Of a stretch of DNA of 64,000 nucleotides, positions 32,093 through 43,181 are shown piece by piece. The notes under the pieces are model-generated. The model saw only the letters and a list, made by a program, of their open reading frames with translations, did no database searches and was not told where the DNA came from. Every line of letters begins with the position of its first letter. Position 1 is the first letter of the stretch. Source of the DNA: an uncultured Actinomycetes bacterium (lineage in GTDB: Bacteria > Actinomycetota > UBA4738 > HRBIN12); NCBI GenBank assembly GCA_963821935.1, contig CAWGFM010000005.1, positions 254,551-318,550 of the forward strand, given 5' to 3'. The position numbers were made by a program, and so were the translations under genes.

Positions 32093-33490
32093 CTAGAGGA
32101 AACTCCTTCCGACGGCGCCTTCCAGCCCGTCGATGCCGTAGAGGGACACGATCGTGGGACCGACGTCCACCAGATTCCAGCCCTGCACCTCGCCGGCCGG
32201 CTGGCCGGGCGCGCCCTTGACGATGAAGATGCCATCGCGGTCGTGGTTGGCTCCGTCGGGGCCGGTATCGTTCTCGTAGGTGTAGATGCTGGGGTTGCCC
32301 ACCGCACCCACCGAGCGCCATTCCAGGTCGCCGAAGTAGACGATGAGGTCGGGTGCGACCCCCCGGACCTCGGGGTAGACGTCCTGTGGCTTCAGCACCG
32401 TGGTGCCCAGCGGCGTGCCGTCGGGACCGGGCGCGGCTTCGAGCCTGGCGACCAGCTCGTCGCGTGTGGTTTCGTAGTCCGCGGGCTCCACGATGCCTCG
32501 CGGCTCTCGGCCCTTCACGTTGAGGAACAGGCGCCCGTAGTAGCCGCCGTCGCCCCACGCCACCGTGCGGCTCCAGTCGATCGATGCGTCCTTGATCGGC
32601 GTCGGCTTGGTGACGGGCGCGTCCAGCTTCAGGTAGCCCTCCTGCATCAGCCAGTCGTTGAAGCACAGTCCACCCATCATGGGACGGGCGCCGTGATCGC
32701 TCATGACCATGGTGATGGCATCGTCGGGCACCAACTCGAGCAGCGAGCCGACCTGTCCGTCCAAGAACCGGTAGTAGTCCTGGAACGTGGTCTCGTACTC
32801 GTTGCCGGGCCGGTACTGGGGGTGCCGCGGATCGAAGTACTGCCAGAACACGTGGTGTAGCCGGTCCAGCGCGATGTCGCACAGCATGAAGAAGTCCCAC
32901 GGCTTGTTCTGGATGAGCCGCCGCCCAACCTGGAACCGTCGCTCGGTCATCTTGAAGACCTGATCGAGCGTGACCCCCATGCCGGCCTGCCGGAAGTTGG
33001 GGATGTCGAAGATGTAGTTGCCCTTGCCCTCGAGCTCCTCTTCGATCTCGACCTCGAGCGACTGCGGATAGGCGTATCGCTCGGCCGAGGGCGGCGTCAG
33101 GAAACAGCCCACGCGCCAGCCGGGGAACTCCTTGGGCGGGGGGAACGAGGGCGGCACGCCGATCAGCACCGAGCGCTTGCCGTGCGCGCCCAACGCGTCC
33201 CACACGGCCGGCTCCTTCACCGAGCCAGAATGGGCGATCGACAATCCGTCGTAGGTCGTGTCCTTGCGGTTTCGGAACCCGTAGATCCCCAGCTGACCGG
33301 GCACCTTCCCCGTCAGGGCGCAGGCCCAGGCAGGGACCGTGATCGGCGGTGTGATCGAGGCGAGGTTGCCGTAGGCGCCTTCACCCATCAGCTTGGCGAT
33401 GTTGGGCACTTCGCTGTGCAGGTCGCGGAACAGCAGCTGCGGCGTGGCGCAGTCGAGCCCGATCACGGCGACCCTGGGTCCTTGTTGCAT
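32093..33490 (-). CDS. alkaline-phosphatase-superfamily enzyme (type I phosphodiesterase / nucleotide pyrophosphatase family)
   Basis: N-terminal VAVIGLDCATPQLL...ITPPITVPAWACALTGKVPGQLGIYGF metal-ligand block, 465 aa. Confidence 0.7.
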   Translation of the reverse strand: MQQGPRVAVIGLDCATPQLLFRDLHSEVPNIAKLMGEGAYGNLASITPPITVPAWACALTGKVPGQLGIYGFRNRKDTTYDGLSIAHSGSVKEPAVWDALGAHGKRSVLIGVPPSFPPPKEFPGWRVGCFLTPPSAERYAYPQSLEVEIEEELEGKGNYIFDIPNFRQAGMGVTLDQVFKMTERRFQVGRRLIQNKPWDFFMLCDIALDRLHHVFWQYFDPRHPQYRPGNEYETTFQDYYRFLDGQVGSLLELVPDDAITMVMSDHGARPMMGGLCFNDWLMQEGYLKLDAPVTKPTPIKDASIDWSRTVAWGDGGYYGRLFLNVKGREPRGIVEPADYETTRDELVARLEAAPGPDGTPLGTTVLKPQDVYPEVRGVAPDLIVYFGDLEWRSVGAVGNPSIYTYENDTGPDGANHDRDGIFIVKGAPGQPAGEVQGWNLVDVGPTIVSLYGIDGLEGAVGRSFL

Positions 33491-33639
33491 GCTGCAAGAT
33501 CCTTCCGGAAGCTGGAATCACACGGGGCGGGATCGGGCGTGCGCACGCACGAACCGGACTCCCACGGTCGGCGTATCCTACCAATGCCCTCACGCGGCGC
33601 CCAACCTCGCCGCGTTCCAACCTGGGAAGATGAGCGGCC

Positions 33640-34038
33640 GTGACGCTCCTGCGACGCCTGCTGAAGATCGACGCCGCGCTGTGGACGGTGTCCAGCATGG
33701 CGGTCCTCGTCGCTCCGAGCTGGGTGGTGGACGATCTCCTGAACCAGCCCCCCTCCCCGGGGTATGGCTGGCTTCGAGCATCAGCGGTGATGGGGCTGGT
33801 GCTCGCCATGCTCATGGTCTTGGTGTCGCAGAAGCTCGACGAGCTGTGGTGGTGGGCATGGGCGTTCGCGATCCTGGAGGTCGGCACAGCCACCGTCTTC
33901 GCGCTGACGGCGCTCCTCGGACTTCCCGATGGAGCGGCGGCCTGGCCCTGGTGGGTGCTTGCCGGGGTGAACGGCGCGCTCGGTGCAGGCTTCCTGGCGG
34001 GCTTGGGCATCGCCGGCCAGGAGAAGCCGTTCGTGTGA
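33640..34038 (+). CDS. small hypothetical membrane protein (Trp-rich, 4 TM)
   Basis: 132-aa ORF, strongly hydrophobic, with no family match. Confidence 0.45.
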   Translation: MTLLRRLLKIDAALWTVSSMAVLVAPSWVVDDLLNQPPSPGYGWLRASAVMGLVLAMLMVLVSQKLDELWWWAWAFAILEVGTATVFALTALLGLPDGAAAWPWWVLAGVNGALGAGFLAGLGIAGQEKPFV

Positions 34039-34040
34039 GC

Positions 34041-35102
34041 TCAGCCTGCGTCGCCGGGACCTCGGGCCAGGCGATCCAGGGCCAGGCGCTCGGCGGCGGC
34101 TGCCGTGGTGAGCCCGTCGCGCTCGGCGTCCCCATAGATCCGTTCGAGGGTGCCCCCGATGGCGGAGAGCCGCGCACTGACCTGCGCCTCGTCCCAACCG
34201 AAACGCTCGTAGCCCGCCAGATGGATCACCCCGCCGGCGTTGATCACGAAGTCGGGCGCGTACAGGATGTCGGCATCGCGCAGCCTGGCCGCGTCCGCCA
34301 CGGTGTCGAGCTGATTGTTGGCGGCGCCGGCCACGACGGCGCACCGCAAGAGCGGGATCGTGTGCTCGGACAGGATGCCCCCACCCGCACACGGAGCGAA
34401 CACATCGCACGGTGTGCCCCAGACCTCGTCGGGGTCGATCACCTCGCTCGCGCTCGCGGCGGCCTGCGCCCTCGCGCGATCCACATCGGACACGACGACC
34501 GTGGCACCTGCCTCACGGAGCAGGCCGATCAACCGGCCACCCACCGCGCCGACCCCTTGGACGAGGACCCTGCACGCCGACAGGTCCGTCGAACCGAATG
34601 CACGTCGCACGGTGGCCACGATGCCGTGGAACACCCCCAGCGCCGTGCCGGGCGCGGGATCGCCGGACCCCCCGTGCTCGCGCGACCGGCCGAACACATA
34701 GCCCGTGCCCTGGCCCACCACATCCATGTCCGCCTGGCCGGTGTTCATGTCGGCGGCGGTGACGTAGGTGCCGCCCAACGAGTCGACCAGGTTCGCGTAC
34801 CGTCGCAGGATCGTCCGCCGCTCATCCGAACCCGGGGGCGGCACCTGTACCACGGCCAGCACCGCCTTCCCGCCTCCGAAGGGCAGGTCGGCGGCGGCCT
34901 GCTTCAGTGTCATGGCGCCGGACAATCGCAGCACATCGAGCAACGCGTCGTCGGCCGAGTCGTAGGCCCGCATCCGGGTTCCGCCCATCGCAGGGCCTAA
35001 CACCGTGGAGTGCACGCCGACGAAGAACCACGCGCCCGTGGGCTCGTCGAACCGGACGACGACCTCCTCGCCGTCCCACCTTCGAAGCAGCTCTTCGAAC
35101 AT
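34041..35102 (-). CDS. Glu/Leu/Phe/Val-type amino-acid dehydrogenase (leucine/valine dehydrogenase-like)
   Basis: Substrate-binding region GGxK (LPFGGGKAVL) and NAD fold VLVQGVGAVGGRL, 353 aa. Confidence 0.8.
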   Translation of the reverse strand: MFEELLRRWDGEEVVVRFDEPTGAWFFVGVHSTVLGPAMGGTRMRAYDSADDALLDVLRLSGAMTLKQAAADLPFGGGKAVLAVVQVPPPGSDERRTILRRYANLVDSLGGTYVTAADMNTGQADMDVVGQGTGYVFGRSREHGGSGDPAPGTALGVFHGIVATVRRAFGSTDLSACRVLVQGVGAVGGRLIGLLREAGATVVVSDVDRARAQAAASASEVIDPDEVWGTPCDVFAPCAGGGILSEHTIPLLRCAVVAGAANNQLDTVADAARLRDADILYAPDFVINAGGVIHLAGYERFGWDEAQVSARLSAIGGTLERIYGDAERDGLTTAAAAERLALDRLARGPGDAG

Positions 35103-35137
35103 CCGCGCCGCAGTCTATTGCCCTGCGGAACGCGCGT

Positions 35138-35162
35138 GGGGGCGGGCACGAGGCCCGCCCCC
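35138..35162 (-). terminator. GC-rich hairpin downstream of groEL (gggggcgggc-acgag-gcccgccccc)
   Basis: Perfect 10-bp stem with a 5-nt loop, 36 nt after the groEL stop. There is no U-tract, which is typical of high-GC actinobacterial terminators. Confidence 0.45.
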
Positions 35163-35197
35163 ATCACGAGGTGCGTGTCGTAGGAGTCTGGAACCGG

Positions 35198-36826
<1,629 letters not shown>

Positions 36827-36869
36827 TCAGGATCGTGCTTCAGGGGTGGTTGGACGGGGTGCCGGGCCG

Positions 36870-37172
36870 CTACTTGGCGACGACCGCGAGCACGTCGCGC
36901 GCGGACAGGATCAGGTAGTCCTCGCCCTTGACCTTGACCTCGGTACCGCCGTACTTGGAGTAGATGACCGTGTCGCCCTTCTTGACGTCGACCGGGATCC
37001 GCTTGGTGCCGTCCTCATCCCAACGGCCTTCCCCGACCGCCACGACGGTGCCCTCCTGGGGCTTCTCCTTCGCGGTGTCGGGGATCACCAGGCCCGATGC
37101 GGTCGTCTGGTCGCCCTCGTTGGCCTGCACGACGATCCGGTCTTCCAGTGGCTTCAGGTTGAAGTCCGCCAT
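36870..37172 (-). CDS. groES: co-chaperonin GroES
   Basis: 100 aa. Starts [16 protein letters not shown] and ends with the mobile loop. Confidence 0.97.
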   Translation of the reverse strand: MADFNLKPLEDRIVVQANEGDQTTASGLVIPDTAKEKPQEGTVVAVGEGRWDEDGTKRIPVDVKKGDTVIYSKYGGTEVKVKGEDYLILSARDVLAVVAK

Positions 37173-37235
37173 GTCTGCTGTCCCTCCTCGCTCGATGATG
37201 TCGTCGCCGCGTGGTCCGCCGCGCGCGCCATCCGG

Positions 37236-37262
37236 TTAGCACTCACTGTGTCCGAGTGCTAA
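37236..37262 (-). promoter_or_regulatory. CIRCE element (HrcA operator) TTAGCACTC-N9-GAGTGCTAA
   Basis: Exact consensus inverted repeat ttagcactc actgtgtcc gagtgctaa, 64 nt upstream of the groES start. Confidence 0.88.
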
Positions 37263-37264
37263 CA

Positions 37265-37293
37265 GGATAGCCAGCAGAGTGCCGAAGGGTCAA
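37265..37293 (-). promoter_or_regulatory. sigma-A-like promoter for groES (TTGACC-N17-TATCCT) immediately upstream of CIRCE
   Basis: Read on the minus strand: ttgacc (37293-37288), a 17-nt spacer, then tatcct (37270-37265). Confidence 0.5.
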
Positions 37294-37310
37294 CGCGAAG
37301 AGCTGGGTGC

Positions 37311-38678
37311 CTACGACGCGCGCCAGGCGTGTACCCATCCGCCTTGGCCGCGCCGCTTCGCTTCATACATCGCGGCGTCCGCGTGCTTCATGAGTGAGCG
37401 CTCATCCTCGGCGTCGTAGGGATACACGCTGATGCCCACGCTCGCCCGGGTGCGGACCTCATGACCGGCCAGCTCGAACGGCTGCACCATGGCGCGCTCG
37501 ATCCTGGCGGCCACCTCCTCGGCGACCGACAACACGGCCTCGGCGGCGATCATGGGTGGCGCATCCACGGCGGAGCCTCGCAGTTGCACGTCCGCCACCA
37601 GCACGAGGAACTCGTCACCCCCTTGGCGTGCGACCAGGTCGGTCTCTCGCGTTGCGCCACGCAGCCGATCGGCCACCCCGCACAGCAGGAGATCTCCGAT
37701 GTCGTGACCGAGCGAATCGTTGACCTGCTTGAAACCGTCCAGATCCATGAAGAGCAGCGCGACGGCTTGATCGGTGCGCCGGCTCCGGGCGATCGAAGCT
37801 CGCAGGGCCTCCTCGAACCGTTTGCGATTGGGCAGCCCGGTCAGGCTGTCGTGGAAGGCGAGGTACTCGACCTGTTGCTCCAGCTCTTTGCGCTCGGTGA
37901 TATCGACCATGACGCCATGCCAGTACGGGCGCATCCCGCTGGCGCTCGCCTCCGTCACCAAGTGGGCGACGTCGCGCACCCACACCCAATCCCCCGACAC
38001 CTGATGCTTGATCCGATACTCGGCCACGTAGTCCTCACCGGAACGCGCGGTCTCGGCGGCGAGCTCGTCGAGCGCCTCGCGGTCATCGGGGTGGATCATC
38101 TCCCGCCAGCTCGTCAGATCGTCGTCGCGGACCCACTCCTCGCGCGAGTACCCCAAGAGGGTTTCGATCTGCGGGCTGACGTAGACCTCCGTGTAGCCCA
38201 GCGGGTGGTCGTCGTCGGTGTACTCGATGTAGGTGACGACGGGGATGTTGTCCAAGTGCGAGCGCAGCCAGGACTCAGTCTCCGTGCGCTCGATCTCACG
38301 CTGGGCGATGCCGACGGCCCCGGCGAAGATCGCGGCGCACGCGCGGAGCGCGTCCCGCTCCCGCCGGTTCCAGTCGTCCGGCCAGAATCGGAGCGTCGCC
38401 TCCGGCACGCCACCCACCACGACCGGCACCACCAGCGGATCTCCGACAGCCTCCGCCCCCCACGAGGTGGGTCCCAGCAATGCCCGATCGCCGGAGGAGA
38501 CCAGTTCCACCCGACTGGCGCCGCTGGCCTCACCGACGATCGACAGCGCCGGCTGCAGGGCCGTGTCCACGATCCTGGCCCCGGTGAGCGCGGACGCCAT
38601 CCTCGTGTATGCGTCTACGATCGCGTGGGCGCGGTCGTGGGTCTCGGGGGCCGATGATGGCTCAGTGCGTTGGTTCAC
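37311..38678 (-). CDS. sensor-domain (GAF/PAS) diguanylate cyclase, GGDEF
   Basis: C-terminal GGDEF domain with an intact RxGGDEF (ARQGGDEFLV) and a PAS-like middle region. Confidence 0.85.
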   Translation of the reverse strand: MNQRTEPSSAPETHDRAHAIVDAYTRMASALTGARIVDTALQPALSIVGEASGASRVELVSSGDRALLGPTSWGAEAVGDPLVVPVVVGGVPEATLRFWPDDWNRRERDALRACAAIFAGAVGIAQREIERTETESWLRSHLDNIPVVTYIEYTDDDHPLGYTEVYVSPQIETLLGYSREEWVRDDDLTSWREMIHPDDREALDELAAETARSGEDYVAEYRIKHQVSGDWVWVRDVAHLVTEASASGMRPYWHGVMVDITERKELEQQVEYLAFHDSLTGLPNRKRFEEALRASIARSRRTDQAVALLFMDLDGFKQVNDSLGHDIGDLLLCGVADRLRGATRETDLVARQGGDEFLVLVADVQLRGSAVDAPPMIAAEAVLSVAEEVAARIERAMVQPFELAGHEVRTRASVGISVYPYDAEDERSLMKHADAAMYEAKRRGQGGWVHAWRAS

Positions 38679-38885
38679 CCGATGGTCATCGGCACCTTCC
38701 GGGGTGAACCGGAGTGGTCAGCTCTCGGGCGCCTTCACGACCACGACGGGGCAGGGTGCCGAATGCAGGTCGTCTATGTACCGACCCCCCGAGTCCGGAC
38801 TGCTCGCCGCGGTGCCGCCGAAGGGTGGCACGGAGGGCCCATCGGAGCAAGCCAGACCGCCGGCGTCGCAGGGCGGAACGGTCGC

Positions 38886-39830
38886 TCAGACGCCCTTCAG
38901 GAATGCGACCGTCTCGGCGAGGCCGTCTTCCAGGTGCGTCCAGGGCTTCCAGGCGATCGCACCCGGGGCCTTGGAGATATCCAACGCGATGCGGCGGAGC
39001 TCACCGGGTGGCAATGTGCCGAACTCCGGTTCGCGGTCGTAGCCGATGAGGTCGGCGATCAACCGGTAGACGTGATTGACGCTCGATTCCAGGCCCGTGC
39101 CGATGTTGATGAGCTTGCCCGAGCCGCGATCTGACGCTTGGACGAACGCGTGCACGACGTCGTCGATGAACACGTAGTCGCGGGTCTGGTTCCCGTCACC
39201 GAAGATGGTCACGGGCTCGCCCGCAAGCATCTTCTGGGCGAAGATCGCGATCACCCCCGCCTCGCCGTGGGGGTCCTGGCGTGGCCCGTACACGTTGCCC
39301 AGCGCCAGCGCCGAGTAGTCCAGGCCGCGGAAGCGCTGGTAGAACCCCAGGTAGTCGGTGACGATCTTCTTGGAGATGCCGTACGGGCTCGACGGGTGCG
39401 AGCCCTGGGCGGTCGCTTCCTTGGCGGGCAGACGCTTGGGCTCCCCGTAGATCGTGCCGCCGCTCGCCGCGTAGATCACCTTGCGCGCCTCGACCCGCGC
39501 CGCGGCCTCCAGCACGTTCAGGGTACCCATCACGTTGATCGAGGCGTCGAGCACCGGGTCGACCAGCGACGGGCGCACGCCGGATTGGGCCGCGAGGTGA
39601 TAGACGACCTCCGGCCGATGCCGCTCGAACAGAGGCAGCAGCCCATCGGCGCGCACGTCCATGTTGAAGAACGTGAATTCCTTGCCGTAGCCTCGCGCGT
39701 CCACCAGGTTCGCGATGCGACCCGTGGTGAGGTCGTCCACGCTGATCACGCGGTGCCCCTCTGCGAGAAGTCTGTCGGCGAGGTGCGAGCCGATGAACCC
39801 GGCACCCCCGGTCACCAGGACCGTGCTCAC
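38886..39830 (-). CDS. NAD-dependent epimerase/dehydratase (UDP-glucose 4-epimerase-like)
   Basis: VLVTGGAGFIGSHL Rossmann motif and the YxxxK (YGISKK) motif. A GTG start overlaps the tsaD stop (GTGA). Confidence 0.8.
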   Translation of the reverse strand: MSTVLVTGGAGFIGSHLADRLLAEGHRVISVDDLTTGRIANLVDARGYGKEFTFFNMDVRADGLLPLFERHRPEVVYHLAAQSGVRPSLVDPVLDASINVMGTLNVLEAAARVEARKVIYAASGGTIYGEPKRLPAKEATAQGSHPSSPYGISKKIVTDYLGFYQRFRGLDYSALALGNVYGPRQDPHGEAGVIAIFAQKMLAGEPVTIFGDGNQTRDYVFIDDVVHAFVQASDRGSGKLINIGTGLESSVNHVYRLIADLIGYDREPEFGTLPPGELRRIALDISKAPGAIAWKPWTHLEDGLAETVAFLKGV

Positions 39831-40834
39831 GTCGCCAACCTTAGCTGCGGGTCGGCGGGGGTGTCGAGCGCCGTTCGATCCCCAGCCTGCCAGCGGGCAG
39901 CGCCCAGGCAGGCAACCATCGCGGCGTTGTCGGTACACAGCGGGAGCGACGGGGCGAGGACCCGGATCCCTGCCGCTGCTCCCGCCCCGGCCAGTCGCTC
40001 ACGCAGGCGGGTGTTGGCGATCACCCCGCCACCGAGCAACACGGTCGGCGCTCCCACGTCTTTCGCCGCCGCCATGGTCTTCGACACCTGCACGTCGACG
40101 ATGGCCTCTTGGAAGCTGGCGGCGATGTCGGGCAGATGCAGGTCGTTGCCGGCAGCGCGTTCCTGTTTGACGTAGCGGAGCACCGCCGTCTTCAACCCGC
40201 TCATGGAGAAGTCGTAGTCACCCGAGTCCTCCATGGCTCGCGGGAACCGGATCGCTTGGGGGTCGCCGGCACCGGACATGGCATCGAGCGCGGGACCTCC
40301 CGGGAAGCCCAAGCCCATGAGGCGAGCCACCTTGTCGAACGCCTCGCCGGCGGCGTCGTCCAACGTCTGGCCCATGACCTCGTGCTGCAGCATGTGCGGC
40401 ACATGGACCAACATCGTGTGACCTCCCGACACGATGAGCACCACGTAGGGAGGCTCGGGTGGGCCGTGCTCCAGGAAGTTGGCCCAATAGTGCGCCTCCA
40501 GATGATGCACACCGACCAGGTCGGCGCCGGTGGCAAGGGCCACCCCTTTGGCCGCCGCCATGCCCACGAGGAGCGCGCCCACCAATCCAGGCCCCACGGT
40601 GACCGCCACGCAGCCGACGTCGGAGAAGCCGATACCCGCCTCGCTGAGCGCCTCCTCCATCAGCGGGTTGAGCGCTTCCACGTGCGCGCGAGCGGCCACC
40701 TCAGGCACGACGCCACCGAAGCGTTCGTGCAGGTGGACCTGGGAGGCGATGAGGTTCGCGCGCAGCTCGAAGCCGTCTTCGACCACGGCGACGGCGGTCT
40801 CGTCGCACGACGTCTCGATGCCCAACGTGATCAC
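39827..40834 (-). CDS. tsaD: tRNA N6-threonylcarbamoyladenosine synthase TsaD
   Basis: GIETSCDETAVAVV...HHLEAH...metal site. A GTG start overlaps the rimI stop. Confidence 0.9.
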   Translation of the reverse strand: MITLGIETSCDETAVAVVEDGFELRANLIASQVHLHERFGGVVPEVAARAHVEALNPLMEEALSEAGIGFSDVGCVAVTVGPGLVGALLVGMAAAKGVALATGADLVGVHHLEAHYWANFLEHGPPEPPYVVLIVSGGHTMLVHVPHMLQHEVMGQTLDDAAGEAFDKVARLMGLGFPGGPALDAMSGAGDPQAIRFPRAMEDSGDYDFSMSGLKTAVLRYVKQERAAGNDLHLPDIAASFQEAIVDVQVSKTMAAAKDVGAPTVLLGGGVIANTRLRERLAGAGAAAGIRVLAPSLPLCTDNAAMVACLGAARWQAGDRTALDTPADPQLRLAT

Positions 40835-41325
40835 GAAGGGCGCACCATCTCCGGCAGGCTGGTCGCGATCGAGGCCAGGCGACGCCGATAGGCCTCGGTT
40901 CGCACGTCGTTGGTCCACATGATGAGCGCATCCTCGTTGAGCTCTTGGTAGTAGTTGCGGCGGATACCCACCGGGTGGAATCCGAACCGTCCGTAGAGGC
41001 GTTGGGCGCCCCAATTGGTAACGCGCACCTCAAGACTCACCGCGCGTCCGCCCAGCTCGATGGCACCGCCGATCAGCTCGTGCAGCAGCCGCGTCCCGAG
41101 CTTGTGGCGCTGTTGCTGGGGGTCGACCGCGATGTTGGTGACATGGGCCTCATCGCCGTAGCAGATCAGCCCGCCGTAGGCCACGATGACCTTGTCGATC
41201 CGCGCGACCAGGTAGCACCGATTGTTGGGCTCGGTCATCTCGGCCACGAACAGGTTCGGGCTCCACGGTCGGGCGTAGACCTGCTTCTCGATGGCCATGA
41301 CGCCGCGCAGATGGCGACGCCGCAT
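40831..41325 (-). CDS. rimI: ribosomal-protein-alanine N-acetyltransferase RimI
   Basis: GNAT fold (RxxGxG/A-like LGTRLLHEL). Located between tsaB and tsaD as in other actinobacteria. The start could alternatively be at 41382. Confidence 0.75.
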   Translation of the reverse strand: MRRRHLRGVMAIEKQVYARPWSPNLFVAEMTEPNNRCYLVARIDKVIVAYGGLICYGDEAHVTNIAVDPQQQRHKLGTRLLHELIGGAIELGGRAVSLEVRVTNWGAQRLYGRFGFHPVGIRRNYYQELNEDALIMWTNDVRTEAYRRRLASIATSLPEMVRPS

Positions 41326-41341
41326 GCGGCCCACCTCGACC

Positions 41342-42043
41342 CTAGGCGCCGCGTGTTCGCTGATCCCACGCGATCTCAGCATCTGACTTCCTCAGGTACA
41401 CCGGGACGACGTCGAAGAGGGCATCGTGTTCCTCGCGCAGGAATCGCGGCACCGCGAGCTCGACCAAGGACGCGGCGTCGGGGTGCGCCATCGTGGATGA
41501 CGCGAGCTCGACCCGGCTTCCCAGTTCCTGCAGCACATGTCGATACAGCATGGCACCGTTGCCCACCGCCAACACCTCGCCGGCGACGGCCTGCAGCTCG
41601 GCGGCGAGCCGGTCGGGGGTCACGACCATCTGATCGGTCTCGCGCACCACGCCGCCCGGAACCGCTCGGTAGATCGCGAAGAAAACCTCACCACGACGTC
41701 CGTCGATCACCGCAGCGATCCGCTTGTGCGTCGTCCGCACCGCGTAGGCCAGGGCATCGAGGCTCGTGATGCCCACGAGCGGCACGTGCAGCACCTGTGC
41801 CAGGGTCTTGGCCGTTTGGACCCCGACCCGGAGCCCGGTGAACAATCCCGGACCGACGCCGACGGCGATCCCCCCCACCTGCTTGAGCTGGAGGTCGCTC
41901 CAGACCAGCAGTTGTTCGAGTACGGGGGTCACCGACTCCTGCCGCGCCTTGCCGGCGATCGCCACCCTGCCCACGATCTCGTTCTCCGTGCCGATCGCAA
42001 CGCTGGTCTGCGGCGTCGAGGTCTCGATCCCCACGACGATCAC
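41342..42043 (-). CDS. tsaB: tRNA threonylcarbamoyladenosine biosynthesis protein TsaB
   Basis: VIVVGIETSTPQTSVAIG...GVGPGLFTGLRVG. A GTG start overlaps the tsaE stop. Confidence 0.85.
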   Translation of the reverse strand: MIVVGIETSTPQTSVAIGTENEIVGRVAIAGKARQESVTPVLEQLLVWSDLQLKQVGGIAVGVGPGLFTGLRVGVQTAKTLAQVLHVPLVGITSLDALAYAVRTTHKRIAAVIDGRRGEVFFAIYRAVPGGVVRETDQMVVTPDRLAAELQAVAGEVLAVGNGAMLYRHVLQELGSRVELASSTMAHPDAASLVELAVPRFLREEHDALFDVVPVYLRKSDAEIAWDQRTRGA

Positions 42044-42537
42044 TGGCCGCTGCTCCAGGGAGCGAGGGCGACCTCGAGCTCGGGCCAACGCTCCGCCCAC
42101 GCGGCACCGACCGACGACACCGTGATCCTGCGGATCTCCGATCGTCCCGCGGGGTCCTGAGGGTTCAGCTCGATCCGGAGTCGGTTGTCGGGCAACAGGG
42201 ACTCGATGGCATCGCCCCATTCGACCAGCAGCACCCCATCACCTCCTCCCACCTCCTCGAGCGCGAGATCGACGACGTCCTGCATGCGATCGAGGCGGTA
42301 CACGTCCACATGCGCGACATCGAGGATGCCCGTGTATTCCTTCACCAGGGTGAACGTGGGCGAGGCGACCGTTCCCTCGACGCCCAGGCCCCGGGCCACC
42401 CCTTGGACCAGCGTGGTCTTGCCAGCTCCCAGCTCTCCCGTGAGCACCACCGCGTCGCGAGCTCGCAGCACCGCCGAGAGTGCCTCGCCCACCTCGCGGG
42501 TGTCCTCCGCCGTCTCCGCATGGATGGTGATGTCCAC
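42040..42537 (-). CDS. tsaE: tRNA threonylcarbamoyladenosine biosynthesis ATPase TsaE
   Basis: P-loop GELGAGKTT and SPTFTL motif, 165 aa. Confidence 0.85.
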   Translation of the reverse strand: MDITIHAETAEDTREVGEALSAVLRARDAVVLTGELGAGKTTLVQGVARGLGVEGTVASPTFTLVKEYTGILDVAHVDVYRLDRMQDVVDLALEEVGGGDGVLLVEWGDAIESLLPDNRLRIELNPQDPAGRSEIRRITVSSVGAAWAERWPELEVALAPWSSGQ

Positions 42538-42539
42538 GG

Positions 42540-43181
42540 TCAGAACAGCTCCAGCTGTTCGTCACGGTCCGAGGCTGGCACATCATCGGCCACCGGGGCC
42601 GGCTCGGGGGCCGCGCGCGCATCGTCCAAGGCTCTCCGGACCAGCTCGAGATCCTGCTGCAACAGTGCGAACTGGTTCGATTTCTCTCCGCCCCCATGCA
42701 GGATCGCGGCCGGATGGAACGTGGGGATCACTGTGCGACCATGCCAGTCGTGGATCTGTCCGCGCAGGCGGGTGATGCCCGTCGAGGTGTTCAGCACGAA
42801 CTTCGTCGCGAAGTTGCCCAGCGTCACGATCACCGACGGCTGGATATGAGAGATCTGTTCGATCAGCCATGGCGTGCACGCTTCGATCTCGTCCGGTTGG
42901 GGATCGCGGTTGCCGGGGGGCCGGCACTTGATGACGTTGGCGATGTAGACGTCCTCGCGCCTGAGACCGATCCCTGCAAGCATGCGGGTCAGCAGCTGCC
43001 CCGCTGCTCCGACGAACGGTTCCCCTTGCTTGTCCTCGTGGAACCCGGGGCCCTCGCCGATGAACAGCAGGTCGGCGTCGGCATCGCCGACACCGAACAC
43101 CACCTGGGTGCGACCCTGTGCCAGCCGGCACTTGGTGCACGTTGCCGCGTCGGCCGCGACCATCGCGAGCGTCCTGGTCAT
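42540..43181 (-). CDS. uracil-DNA glycosylase, family 4 (Fe-S type)
   Basis: Motifs GEGPG, FVG, HPAAIL and the Cys ligands C..C...C near the N-terminus. Confidence 0.85.
   Translation of the reverse strand: MTRTLAMVAADAATCTKCRLAQGRTQVVFGVGDADADLLFIGEGPGFHEDKQGEPFVGAAGQLLTRMLAGIGLRREDVYIANVIKCRPPGNRDPQPDEIEACTPWLIEQISHIQPSVIVTLGNFATKFVLNTSTGITRLRGQIHDWHGRTVIPTFHPAAILHGGGEKSNQFALLQQDLELVRRALDDARAAPEPAPVADDVPASDRDEQLELF

Noticed and set aside
32007-33203. 398-aa minus-strand ORF overlapping the cysC and phosphodiesterase genes
   Set aside because: It is out of frame with two genes that have clear motifs, its translation is Arg/Gly-rich nonsense, and it would overlap cysC by 85 nt.
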